Positions 37,125 through 45,808 of a stretch of 64,000 nt of DNA are shown here, piece by piece. The stretch lies in sequence record PV745554.1, one strand, 5' to 3'. The notes beneath the pieces are model-generated. The model saw nothing but the letters and a program-made list of their open reading frames with translations, was not told the origin of the DNA and made no database searches. Made by a program: the position numbers and the translations under genes. Positions within the stretch are counted from its first letter, which is position 1. Each line of letters opens with the position of its first letter.

Positions 37125-37516
37125 CCGTCGCCCATGACCTCGCCCGCGCCCACCGGCTGATCGAAGTCCATGGCTGGGCGCAGGCCCGCCCGGCGGCCGA
37201 GCGCAACGCAACCGCCGCGCCGGACGGCACGATGGCCTACTGCACCACCACCGCCATCCACGAGTCCTGCAAGTTCGAAGGGCGCTCGGACGATCCGCGC
37301 TTCGTGATCGGCTACGGCAACCGCGTGCGCGACTGCTTCGCGGCCGTGCTCGACATCGTCAAGCCGCAGCGCGACCACCTCTTCGACCGCAGTAATCCGA
37401 TGCTGATCTGGGCCTGGAACGATGCGCCCGAGCGCACCGCCGAAGAGGTCATGGAAACGCTGCACAAGGCCTCCGTGATGATGGCCGACAAGCTGGGCCT
37501 GGGAGACGACGACTGA
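37121..37516 (+). CDS. DUF6197-like protein (paralogue of 36400-36786)
   Basis: LIEVHGWAQ...C...WNDAPERTAEEV. Confidence 0.75.
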   Translation: MTVAHDLARAHRLIEVHGWAQARPAAERNATAAPDGTMAYCTTTAIHESCKFEGRSDDPRFVIGYGNRVRDCFAAVLDIVKPQRDHLFDRSNPMLIWAWNDAPERTAEEVMETLHKASVMMADKLGLGDDD

Positions 37517-38166
37517 TGACCATCACCGAAATGAACAACGAGGCCGTCATCCACAACCCCAAGCACGGGGTGATCCGGTCGGGCACGGTGGTCGTCATCG
37601 ACTATTCCGAGGAGCCTGACCTCGACGGGCTGATCGGCCGCGTCACCATCGCCCAGGGCCGCGAGACGGTCGAGGTCGCCGCCGGCCCTCGCGTCATCTC
37701 GGTCTTCCCGTGCAAGGTGCGTCCGCTGAAGATGGGCGAGCGCGTCGGCGATCCGGAGGCCAACGCCCACCTCAACCAGATCGCCGAGATGGTCGGCGAA
37801 GGCGACGACGTCGGCGCGGCCTGGGAGAGCGTTCAGGCGATCCTCACCGAACGCGATACCCTCAAGGCCGGCATCGAGACGGCCCTGGTCCAGATCAGCG
37901 GTGGTCTCTGCTACTTCACGGCCGACGCCAAGCACGCCCAGTTGAAGGACGCCGAGAAGACCCTGGAGCGGGCGCTGAACGGCGGTCAGGCCCCGATCGA
38001 AAAGCGCCTCTACGTCGAAGAACCGGGCGATGACTGGAGCCTGGAGCTTCACGTCTTCCACGCCGCCAACAACCCCAACCTGCCGGCCGCCACGCGGGAG
38101 CTTCTCAAGACCCTGTGGAAGGCCTACTGCGCCCTGGAACAACGCTGCGAAGGAGCCGCCACGTGA
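37516..38166 (+). CDS. hypothetical protein
   Basis: 216 aa, TGATG coupling. Confidence 0.75.
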   Translation: MTITEMNNEAVIHNPKHGVIRSGTVVVIDYSEEPDLDGLIGRVTIAQGRETVEVAAGPRVISVFPCKVRPLKMGERVGDPEANAHLNQIAEMVGEGDDVGAAWESVQAILTERDTLKAGIETALVQISGGLCYFTADAKHAQLKDAEKTLERALNGGQAPIEKRLYVEEPGDDWSLELHVFHAANNPNLPAATRELLKTLWKAYCALEQRCEGAAT

Positions 38167-38711
38167 ACATCCTGCAAGACCTCCTCGCTCAGCCCGAGCA
38201 CATGACCGACGCCTATGCGTCCTGCATCTCGATGCGCATCGGCGACACCCTGGCCAGCCCCAAGCGTCAGGACCTCTTCGACCTCGCCACGACGCTGACG
38301 AGCATCTCCCACGCCATGCTGGCCCAGGCCCCGCAGGCGACCCGCGACGCCATCATCCACGACAAGGCCGACATGGGTGACCCGATCATGGCCGCCTTCC
38401 GCCTGGGGCAACTCTCGATGGCCGGCGAGATCATGGGCTACGAGGCGACGCGCCGCGCGGACGACGACATCATCGACGTGGTGAAGGCCAACCTCGGCGT
38501 GCTCTGCGACATCCGCGAGGGCCGCAACACGCCGTCGGAACTGGCGATGCAGTTCGGCATGACCGGCAAGGAACTGAAGGTGCTGGTCCGGGTGCTGGAG
38601 CACAAGGGCCTCGTCGTCACCGTCACCAGCAGCACGCCGGGCGTCTACGAGGCGCGCCTGACGCCGCTCGCCCATTCGATCCTCGACATGCTGAAAGAGA
38701 AGGCCGCATGA
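38163..38711 (+). CDS. protein with C-terminal MarR-like winged helix
   Basis: TPSELAMQFGMTGKELKVLVRVLEHKGLV...ARLTPLA. Confidence 0.8.
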   Translation: MNILQDLLAQPEHMTDAYASCISMRIGDTLASPKRQDLFDLATTLTSISHAMLAQAPQATRDAIIHDKADMGDPIMAAFRLGQLSMAGEIMGYEATRRADDDIIDVVKANLGVLCDIREGRNTPSELAMQFGMTGKELKVLVRVLEHKGLVVTVTSSTPGVYEARLTPLAHSILDMLKEKAA

Positions 38712-39313
38712 AGCCGCTCGTCACCCTTCGCGCCTGCCCGCCGGGCGTCTTCCGCTTCAACGGCTCGCTCTTCTGCAAGACCGAGTACGGCACGATCATC
38801 GGCCGCAAGGATGCCGTGGACAAGCCGCACGTCTACGAGATGACCGACCGCTCGGACGTCTACTGCCTGGGCTCTGGCGAGTATTTCTGGGGCGGCGTCG
38901 AGACCGCCGAGGATCGCGAGAATCTGATGGTCGAGCCGATCGCGATCGAAGCGCTCGACGCCATCGCCGAGACCGACAAGATGGTCCAGGCGATCATGGA
39001 GGCGGTGGGCTTTGCCTCGCTCTACGACAACGGCGCGGGCATGTACGCCCGCAACGTCCTGCGCGCCATCCAGTCGGGCAAGTACGCGGCGTTCGAGGCC
39101 CTGCTGCCGCCGCATGTTCCCAGGGATGGAACGGTGGTCCGCGAGGACCCGCTGAAGATCACCCAGGAGACGCGCGACATCGTCGGCGACGCCTTCGGCA
39201 CCGTGGCGCTGATCCAGGTCGAGGACCCCGAGGCCACGCCCATCACCTTCACCCTGGCCGAGGTCGACGCCCTGCTGACCGCCCAGCGCCGCAAGCTGGA
39301 GGCCGACCTGTGA
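38708..39313 (+). CDS. hypothetical protein
   Basis: ATGA overlap. Confidence 0.75.
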   Translation: MKPLVTLRACPPGVFRFNGSLFCKTEYGTIIGRKDAVDKPHVYEMTDRSDVYCLGSGEYFWGGVETAEDRENLMVEPIAIEALDAIAETDKMVQAIMEAVGFASLYDNGAGMYARNVLRAIQSGKYAAFEALLPPHVPRDGTVVREDPLKITQETRDIVGDAFGTVALIQVEDPEATPITFTLAEVDALLTAQRRKLEADL

Positions 39314-39900
39314 GGCTGGATCGCACCCTTTCCGAGGTCGAGTTCCGCGTCCTGACCTATCTGGGCCTGCGCAAAGGCAAGGCCACCACCGTCGGCCAAG
39401 TCGCCGCCAACGTGCCGGGCGCCGGCGGCAAAGCCGGTGAGGTGCTCGAAAGCCTGCGCGATCTGCGCGTGGTGTCCAAGATCGACGCCGAGCACTTCTG
39501 GAGCTTCGTGATCCACGAGCGCGGCGAGGCCTATCTGAAGGGCAAGACCTCCAACGGCGCCAAGAAGCGGAAGAAGGCCCTGCCTCCGCCGCCCGCGCTG
39601 CATGAGCGGCTCCAGACGATCCTCGACGAGAGCATCGCCGGCATCGAGCATCCCTCGCAGGTGGCGATCAACGTCTGCGTGCCCCGCGCCGACCTCCAGG
39701 AGGCCGTCAGGGGCTTGAAGGCCCACGAGGTGTCCACCGGCCTGCCCGAGGACTTCCTGGCCGGCTGGGACGATCTGAGGCGGGCGATCACCGCGATCGA
39801 GACGGCGACCCTTCACTCGATTGGCGAGGCCACCCGCTGGCTCGAAGAGGAACGCCAGAAGTTCGACACCCTGGTCCGCGACACGGCAAGGAACGCATGA
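39310..39900 (+). CDS. protein with N-terminal winged helix
   Basis: LSEVEFRVLTYL...TVGQVAANV...VLESLRDLRVV...IHERGEAYL. Confidence 0.75.
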   Translation: MRLDRTLSEVEFRVLTYLGLRKGKATTVGQVAANVPGAGGKAGEVLESLRDLRVVSKIDAEHFWSFVIHERGEAYLKGKTSNGAKKRKKALPPPPALHERLQTILDESIAGIEHPSQVAINVCVPRADLQEAVRGLKAHEVSTGLPEDFLAGWDDLRRAITAIETATLHSIGEATRWLEEERQKFDTLVRDTARNA

Positions 39901-40223
39901 CTCCCAAGACCTTCATCGACAAGCTGCGCGTGGGCGCCCAGAAGGCGCTCGCCCGCTCCAAGGCCTGGACGCCCGAGGAGAACATCATCCTCCAGACCCT
40001 GGTCTGGGCGCCGGCCAACATCCAGAAGCGCTCGGACCTCTACGTGGCCGGCGTCATGCGGGGCATGCTGGCCCTGATCTCGACCATGAGCGGCAAGGTC
40101 TCCGAGGAGATCAAGACGCTGCTCTGGATGGCCGGCGAGGCGACCGAGATCGACGCGCCCGTCCCGGACGATCAGGTCCAGGCGGCCTTGACCGCGCTCG
40201 ACGCCCTGCACGCAAGGGGCTGA
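39897..40223 (+). CDS. hypothetical protein
   Basis: ATGA overlap. Confidence 0.75.
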   Translation: MTPKTFIDKLRVGAQKALARSKAWTPEENIILQTLVWAPANIQKRSDLYVAGVMRGMLALISTMSGKVSEEIKTLLWMAGEATEIDAPVPDDQVQAALTALDALHARG

Positions 40224-40224
40224 C

Positions 40225-40638
40225 ATGCTGTCGCGTTCGGCGCGCCACGCGCAGATGACCGGCAAGACCGACACGCCCGACCTGATTGCGCGAGGCTACT
40301 GGCACAAGGGCCAGTGGGTGCGCAACACCATGGCCAGCCGGCTCAAGGCCTATATCGACCGCGTGCCCGACGTGCGGTTCTTCGAGGACGAGAAGGGCTA
40401 CTATCCGGGTATCATGCTCGACCTGGGCGGCGATCGCTGGAGCATCACGCCGATCACCGGGCGGTTCAAGCGGGACGGCGAGGAAATCCCCGCCCCGCCG
40501 TTCTCCGACGTCTCGGCCCGGCAGTTCAGCCTCGCCCTGATGCGCAAGCTGGAGAAGGAGGGCGCGCTGGTCGCCGCCGTGCTCGACGTGCGCTATGACG
40601 GCAAGACGACTGTAGCGCGCTTTGATCCCGTGACCTGA
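40225..40638 (+). CDS. hypothetical protein
   Basis: LMRKLEKEGALV helix-wing motif. Confidence 0.7.
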   Translation: MLSRSARHAQMTGKTDTPDLIARGYWHKGQWVRNTMASRLKAYIDRVPDVRFFEDEKGYYPGIMLDLGGDRWSITPITGRFKRDGEEIPAPPFSDVSARQFSLALMRKLEKEGALVAAVLDVRYDGKTTVARFDPVT

Positions 40639-40922
40639 TGCCCAAGCTCTGGAACAAGCCCGTCCCGCTGAAGGCCCAGCCGATCCCCTACCAGATCGAG
40701 CGCTATCTGCTCAACCACCGCGACGTGCGGCTGGTGCGCGGACGCGACGGCTGGTTCCGACTCCAGGGCCGCACGGGGGTCAACCACTTCCGCAGCGTGC
40801 CAGGGTCGGGGCGCTACTCGGCGCGCACCGCCATGCTCTGCGTCGACAGCCTGTGTACGGTCGAGTCGTTCGACGAGTGCAATCGGCCCGACGTGATCGG
40901 CCTGCATCGGGACGTCATCTGA
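40638..40922 (+). CDS. hypothetical protein
   Basis: TGATG coupling at both ends. Confidence 0.65.
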   Translation: MPKLWNKPVPLKAQPIPYQIERYLLNHRDVRLVRGRDGWFRLQGRTGVNHFRSVPGSGRYSARTAMLCVDSLCTVESFDECNRPDVIGLHRDVI

Positions 40923-41287
40923 TGTGGTGCGATCCCAAGGTCCGCGCCCGGCGCCTGATGCTGCCGCGCAACGACGGCAAGGTGCGCTTCAACGGCACCG
41001 ACTTCCCGTCGCTGATCTGCGCGGCGACGGCCTCGGTCCTGCTCGACAAGATGTGGAAGAGCTTTGACCAGCACCCGATCCTGCTGCGGCGGTCCGACGG
41101 CGATTTCGACCTCGACTGCGATCCCATCGGCCTGGAGGAGGACCGGCTGACGTTCGAGGCCGACATCGTGATCTCCCGGCGCATCGCCATGAACTTGGTC
41201 GAACTGGGCTACCTACTCGTCGTGACGAGCACCGAGCGCGGCGCGCCCCAGCGCCTGGAAGTGGCCGACGTGCCGAGGCGGACCTGA
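40922..41287 (+). CDS. hypothetical protein
   Basis: IAMNLVELGYLL motif. Confidence 0.7.
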   Translation: MWCDPKVRARRLMLPRNDGKVRFNGTDFPSLICAATASVLLDKMWKSFDQHPILLRRSDGDFDLDCDPIGLEEDRLTFEADIVISRRIAMNLVELGYLLVVTSTERGAPQRLEVADVPRRT

Positions 41288-41568
41288 TGGCGAGGTCCCG
41301 TGTACGCGTCAGGATCACCCAGCTTCGCTACCTGGAGGTGCGTGCGAAACTCCAGCGCGGGCCGTGGAAGCATCTGATCCGCGCCTATCGCGGCTGGCGC
41401 TGCTACAATCCCGCCACCGGCACGACCGATATGGCCGAGCGCTACAGCGACGACACGGTGCGGCGCATGGTCGCAAGCGGGACGCTGGACGTCCACGAGT
41501 TCGACGAGGACGGCGTGGTCCAGGTCTATCGCCTGGGCAAGGCCTTCGACGGCTGGAGGTCGTCATGA
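41287..41568 (+). CDS. hypothetical protein
   Basis: TVRRMVASGTLDV motif. Confidence 0.7.
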   Translation: MARSRVRVRITQLRYLEVRAKLQRGPWKHLIRAYRGWRCYNPATGTTDMAERYSDDTVRRMVASGTLDVHEFDEDGVVQVYRLGKAFDGWRSS

Positions 41569-41918
41569 AGTACAAGTGGATGGCCAACCCCTACTACGCC
41601 CAGATAGGGTTCTCGCCCCATCAGGCGCGCTACTGGGACGTCGAGAAAGCCATGGTCCTCAACCTGTGGGACGACATCGGCCGCGTCGGCGGGCTCGAAG
41701 ACCCCAGCCACTGGAAGCTTGTCTGGAGGCCCTTGCAAGTGGGCCGCGAAGGGCGATATGTCCTGGTCACCGCCCAGGCTGGAATCGCCTACCCCATGGC
41801 GTACCCAAAGGGCTATCGCGGCGCGATCGTGGAGATCGCCGCCGATGAGGACTGCCGGCTGCGGCCGACGGTGCGGGACGAGACCGGGCGGATTCTGGAG
41901 TATCGGGGCGTCCAGTGA
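41565..41918 (+). CDS. hypothetical protein
   Basis: ATGA overlap after GGAGG. Confidence 0.7.
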   Translation: MKYKWMANPYYAQIGFSPHQARYWDVEKAMVLNLWDDIGRVGGLEDPSHWKLVWRPLQVGREGRYVLVTAQAGIAYPMAYPKGYRGAIVEIAADEDCRLRPTVRDETGRILEYRGVQ

Positions 41919-42538
41919 AGAGCGATTGGCGCGAGACCTTGGCGGCGGCGTTCGACCGGCCCCTCCCCGTGGAGGAGCCGGTGGCGGACCCCTATGCCTT
42001 CGATCCCAACGCGCCGCCGCTGATCCTCGACCTCACCCCGGACGAGAAGCTGTCGCTGACCGAGTACCGCTGGGCGGCGCTGGACGCGTCGGGCGCGGTC
42101 ATGGGCGAATTCTGGGCGATCTCCCAGGCGGCCGAGGCGCTCGCCACCTTCCTCTACCCAGGCTTGGCCAGCTACGCGCGCGGCGGGCACACCGGCCGGC
42201 TCAAGGCCAACCGCCTGCGCCGGCTGAGCGAGGCCCAGAACTGGCGCTGCTGCTACTGCCATGGGCAGATGCGCATGCCCCACGACTGCGACGGCCCCAA
42301 CGAGCCGGACATGGCGACGCTGGAGCACGTCACCCGCGTCACCGATGGCGGTGGTAGCACCTGGGACAACCTGATCGCCGCCTGCCAGACCTGCAACTCC
42401 CATCGCGGGAGCGTCATGCCCCTGAAGTGGTGGAAGCTGCGCCAGAAGCTCCTCCCCGATTGGCCGGCCTGCTCGCCGATCACCGACGCGGCCCGCTACG
42501 CCCTGCGCGGCTATGGGCTCTTGCGGCGCGGGTGGTGA
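41915..42538 (+). CDS. HNH endonuclease
   Basis: CCYCH...ATLEHV...GGGSTWDNLIAACQTCNSHRG. Confidence 0.9.
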   Translation: MKSDWRETLAAAFDRPLPVEEPVADPYAFDPNAPPLILDLTPDEKLSLTEYRWAALDASGAVMGEFWAISQAAEALATFLYPGLASYARGGHTGRLKANRLRRLSEAQNWRCCYCHGQMRMPHDCDGPNEPDMATLEHVTRVTDGGGSTWDNLIAACQTCNSHRGSVMPLKWWKLRQKLLPDWPACSPITDAARYALRGYGLLRRGW

Positions 42539-42584
42539 CAACCGTTTTTGGTTGTAAAGTGAGTTCACAACCTTTTTCGGTTGT
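42538..42584. promoter_or_regulatory. two palindromic operator-like sites
   Basis: ACAACC-N6-GGTTGT at 42538 and 42567, just upstream of a promoter. Confidence 0.6.
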
Positions 42585-42596
42585 AGCGCGACTGTG

Positions 42597-42657
42597 TTGA
42601 CGAGGTAACGAAAGCGGACTAAATGTAGGGCCTCGACGACAACGAAGGAGACCCCGC
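42597..42657 (+). promoter_or_regulatory. sigma70 promoter cassette
   Basis: TTGACG-N17-TAAATG, GACGACAACG, AAGGAG. Confidence 0.8.
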
Positions 42658-42846
42658 ATGCCTAAGACCTGCGTCAAGATGGGCGATCTTGGCCTCGGCT
42701 GGTACGCCAGCAGCTACAGCGACGACTCGATGACCGTGCGCAATCCCGAGAAGGGCCTGCGCATCGACCTGGAGTCCGAGAGCGTCGAGCGCCTGCGCCA
42801 GTTCTTCGCCCAGGCCAAGGCCGAAGCCGCCGGGCGCGCCGCATGA
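42658..42846 (+). CDS. hypothetical protein
   Basis: ATG after the cassette SD. Confidence 0.75.
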   Translation: MPKTCVKMGDLGLGWYASSYSDDSMTVRNPEKGLRIDLESESVERLRQFFAQAKAEAAGRAA

Positions 42847-43052
42847 CGGCGATCGGCGCGGTCTTCACCTACTTCATGTTCTTCTGCTTCCTGCTGGTCC
42901 TGGCCTGCCTGATCGAGCGCGACGGCGACTACACGCCGCCCGACAAGGCCGAGAAGCTGTCGCTGCCGGTGATCGTCCTGCTGGCGATCGTCGCGGGCGC
43001 CGCCACCATGGGGCTGGCCTGGGCGATCCGCTATCATCGGGGCTTTTGGTGA
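42843..43052 (+). CDS. small two-TM membrane protein
   Basis: Two hydrophobic helices. Confidence 0.75.
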   Translation: MTAIGAVFTYFMFFCFLLVLACLIERDGDYTPPDKAEKLSLPVIVLLAIVAGAATMGLAWAIRYHRGFW

Positions 43053-43513
43053 CCTCGCACGTCTCGCTCAAGAAGGTGACCACCGGCTTTGGCCTGACGC
43101 CCTCGGCGATCCCCGGTGTGACGATCGTCCTGCCGACGATTTCGCAGGTCATCCACCCGCGCATCCAGGCCCGCATCGACAAGCTGACCCTCCAGTACAA
43201 GCAGGCCAAGGACCGCGCCCGCCGGCGCCAGAGCTTCAAGCTCCAGGCCCTGCTTGACGAGACGCTGCCGGGCAAGGTGGTCTTCCACCGCACCGCCGGG
43301 GGTTTCTACAAGGCCGACTTCACCGGCACGGTGGAAGAATTTCAGGCCATGAGCCGGCTGCTGCTGCATCCGCTCTTCCTCCACGCCTGGGGCATCCGCT
43401 CGCTCAAGCCACTGATCGCCGACGGCGCCCTGGTGGTCGAGGCGATGGACGAATACTGCCGGCCGCTGACCGTGCGCTTCGTCGACAACATCTGGACCTA
43501 TGATGACGCGTAA
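43046..43513 (+). CDS. hypothetical protein
   Basis: Overlapping start/stop; start uncertain. Confidence 0.7.
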   Translation: MVTSHVSLKKVTTGFGLTPSAIPGVTIVLPTISQVIHPRIQARIDKLTLQYKQAKDRARRRQSFKLQALLDETLPGKVVFHRTAGGFYKADFTGTVEEFQAMSRLLLHPLFLHAWGIRSLKPLIADGALVVEAMDEYCRPLTVRFVDNIWTYDDA

Positions 43514-43883
43514 GCGCAAGTTGACGGTGATCAAGAAGGGCCGGCGCCTCACCGAAGTGGAGAGCGGGGTCACGGTCACCGAGGCCGAGGCCACGGTGAT
43601 CGGCCTGCTCGCGCGCGGCACGCGCCTGAAGTTCGTCGACCTGGGCGACGACGGCTATTATCGGGTCCACTCGCTCTGCACGGCCGATCTCCAGAAGATG
43701 ATGCAGGGCGAGCGATCCGGTGCCCGTGTCTACTTCTACACCACGCGCTTTGCCCGGCCCACGATCGACAGCCTCGTCGCCACCGGCTGGCTGGCGCCGG
43801 TGCTCTCCGACGAGAACGGCCGGCCGCAGATGCTGGTCGCGCCGGGGCTGGCCGGCGCGTTTCTCCAGGAGATGTTCGCTTGA
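43500..43883 (+). CDS. hypothetical protein, winged-helix-like
   Basis: ARPTIDSLVATGWLAP. Confidence 0.7.
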   Translation: MMTRKRKLTVIKKGRRLTEVESGVTVTEAEATVIGLLARGTRLKFVDLGDDGYYRVHSLCTADLQKMMQGERSGARVYFYTTRFARPTIDSLVATGWLAPVLSDENGRPQMLVAPGLAGAFLQEMFA

Positions 43884-44194
43884 AGCGACTCCAGCCTCAC
43901 GTCCGTCTCGTCCTGCTGGTCCAGAAGATGGGCTACGCCACCACCGAGCCGCTGCTGCGTCGCGAGGCGCGCGGCTGGATCGTCACCTCGGCCGCCCGCG
44001 TGGTCGGGCGCTTCCGGGCCTATGACGCCGAGCCGGGCCTGACGTTTAACCCGCTGGAAGCCACGGGCTTTGCGTTCTCCACGATCGAGCAGGCGATCCG
44101 GTACGAGCGGCTGAAGATCGAGCCCAGCGCCTGGAACCAGCACAAGCGGCCGATCGAGTACCGCATCACCGACTACTTTGGGTCCGGCCGATGA
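43880..44194 (+). CDS. tandem paralogue 1 of 4
   Basis: C-terminal PSAWNQHKRPIEYRI. Confidence 0.7.
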   Translation: MKRLQPHVRLVLLVQKMGYATTEPLLRREARGWIVTSAARVVGRFRAYDAEPGLTFNPLEATGFAFSTIEQAIRYERLKIEPSAWNQHKRPIEYRITDYFGSGR

Positions 44195-44523
44195 GCAGCG
44201 CCATCCACAAGCTTCGCTCCCTGTTCGACCTGATCCAGAAGAGCTACCCGACGGCCGAGATCAGGCTGGAGCATCAGGGCGGCGACGCCTACCGCGTGAA
44301 GATCGTCGAGTATGACGGCGCCGCGCGCGTCGGCTTCTACAGCGACCGCCTCGGCCAAGCCTTCACCCGCGAACTCGTCACGCCCGGCTTGCAGCGCCAG
44401 GGCGCGCGCTATCGCATCGGCACGGTGCGCGAGGCGCTCAAGCGCTGGCCCACCGCCGTGCTCACGCCGACGGCCTGGAACGAGTCGCTCAAGCCCATCG
44501 ACTACCGGCTGCTGCTCGCATGA
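44191..44523 (+). CDS. tandem paralogue 2 of 4
   Basis: C-terminal PTAWNESLKPIDYRL. Confidence 0.75.
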   Translation: MSSAIHKLRSLFDLIQKSYPTAEIRLEHQGGDAYRVKIVEYDGAARVGFYSDRLGQAFTRELVTPGLQRQGARYRIGTVREALKRWPTAVLTPTAWNESLKPIDYRLLLA

Positions 44524-44852
44524 GATCGGCCGGCGCCCAGTTCCTCGACGTGATCAACGCGATCGGGCTCTACCCGTCTGAGACGGCCAAGCTGCTCCAC
44601 GTCGAGGGCGACCGCTTCGTCCTGGAGGTCCCGCGCCGCGAGCGCTGGACGATCGGGGGCGACTACGGCTATGTCGCCCTGAACCCGCAGGGGCGTGTCG
44701 TGTACGCGGCACACCCTGCGCTGGCCAAGCCCTGGCGCCGGCGCACGTTCGAAGAGGCGGTGCGCACCTCGCCCGGCTGGCTGGCCCTGGAGGTCACCGC
44801 GCGCGATCAGAACCTCACCCCGGTCGGCTACACGTTGAGGGCGGTGCGATGA
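44520..44852 (+). CDS. tandem paralogue 3 of 4
   Basis: C-terminal VTARDQNLTPVGYTL. Confidence 0.7.
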   Translation: MRSAGAQFLDVINAIGLYPSETAKLLHVEGDRFVLEVPRRERWTIGGDYGYVALNPQGRVVYAAHPALAKPWRRRTFEEAVRTSPGWLALEVTARDQNLTPVGYTLRAVR

Positions 44853-45262
44853 AGCGCAAGATCAAGGTCCCCAGGTACACCCAATTCGAGCGCGCCTATC
44901 GGGCGCTCCTGATCCTGTCCCAGGACTATGCCGACCAGCCCTGTGACGGGTTCCCCGGCCGCGTCACGCTGGAGCGCCGCGAGTTCGGGCGCTGGGTGTT
45001 CCTTTGGGACAACCTGCCGATGTGGGTCAACAACGACGCGGGCATGGTGCTGGTCGCGCGCGCCGAATTCGGCAAGCCGATCGCCCACTTCACCACCAAG
45101 ACCGTGCGGACCATGATCCTGGCCTCGCGCGGTACGGTGCGCGCCTACGACGGCGACGCCTATTCCACGCGCCAGCCGCTGGGGCTGCTGCTGCCCGAGG
45201 CCTGGGACCAACAGGCGCGCGTGATCTGCTATCGGGTCTTGCCCCTCTCGGTGACTCTCTAG
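44849..45262 (+). CDS. tandem paralogue 4 of 4
   Basis: C-terminal PEAWDQQARVICYRV. Confidence 0.7.
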   Translation: MKRKIKVPRYTQFERAYRALLILSQDYADQPCDGFPGRVTLERREFGRWVFLWDNLPMWVNNDAGMVLVARAEFGKPIAHFTTKTVRTMILASRGTVRAYDGDAYSTRQPLGLLLPEAWDQQARVICYRVLPLSVTL

Positions 45263-45274
45263 TAAGGCTTCATT

Positions 45275-45628
45275 ATGAGCCTGAAAACCCTCCGCCCCGA
45301 TCCTGAAGAGCGCGCCGCGCTCACCGAATTCTTCCGCACCACGCGCCTGTCGTGGATCATCCTGCCTGCCTCGGCCAAGCACTTCGTGGTGCGCCGCCTG
45401 GGCAAGGACGACGACATCAAGCGGTTCCTGAAGTTCATCGGCCACAAGGTGGTCGAGACTGGCGAGGGCCGGCCGACGTGGTTCCACATCGAAGACCTGG
45501 GCGACGCGCTGATGACGAACGCCGCGCGCGGCGACCTGACCGACCGCATCGGCGCCAACGGCTGGGGCTACGCAATCTTCGCGCCCGTGCCGCACGATGA
45601 CGCGATTGACGACCGTCGTGACGCTTGA
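45275..45628 (+). CDS. hypothetical protein
   Basis: 117-aa ORF. Confidence 0.7.
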   Translation: MSLKTLRPDPEERAALTEFFRTTRLSWIILPASAKHFVVRRLGKDDDIKRFLKFIGHKVVETGEGRPTWFHIEDLGDALMTNAARGDLTDRIGANGWGYAIFAPVPHDDAIDDRRDA

Positions 45629-45808
45629 CATCCGCAGGGCGGTCTATTAACCCTCTTCCCCGACATTAACAGTATGCGAGAAATTGAGGTCTAGGGCGCC
45701 GCTTACCCGGCTCCCCGCCTGCGCAGCCCCCAGACCCTGGAAGGGTGTCGCCCGGAGGCGCCGTAGGCGAACGCCGAAAATTTTCGATACAAGAGGGGAA
45801 ATATACCA

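Noticed and set aside
45625-45655. TTGACA upstream of the 372-aa gene as another cassette promoter
   Set aside because: It has no GACGACAAC leader and no well-spaced -10 box. It may be a promoter but is not a member of the family.
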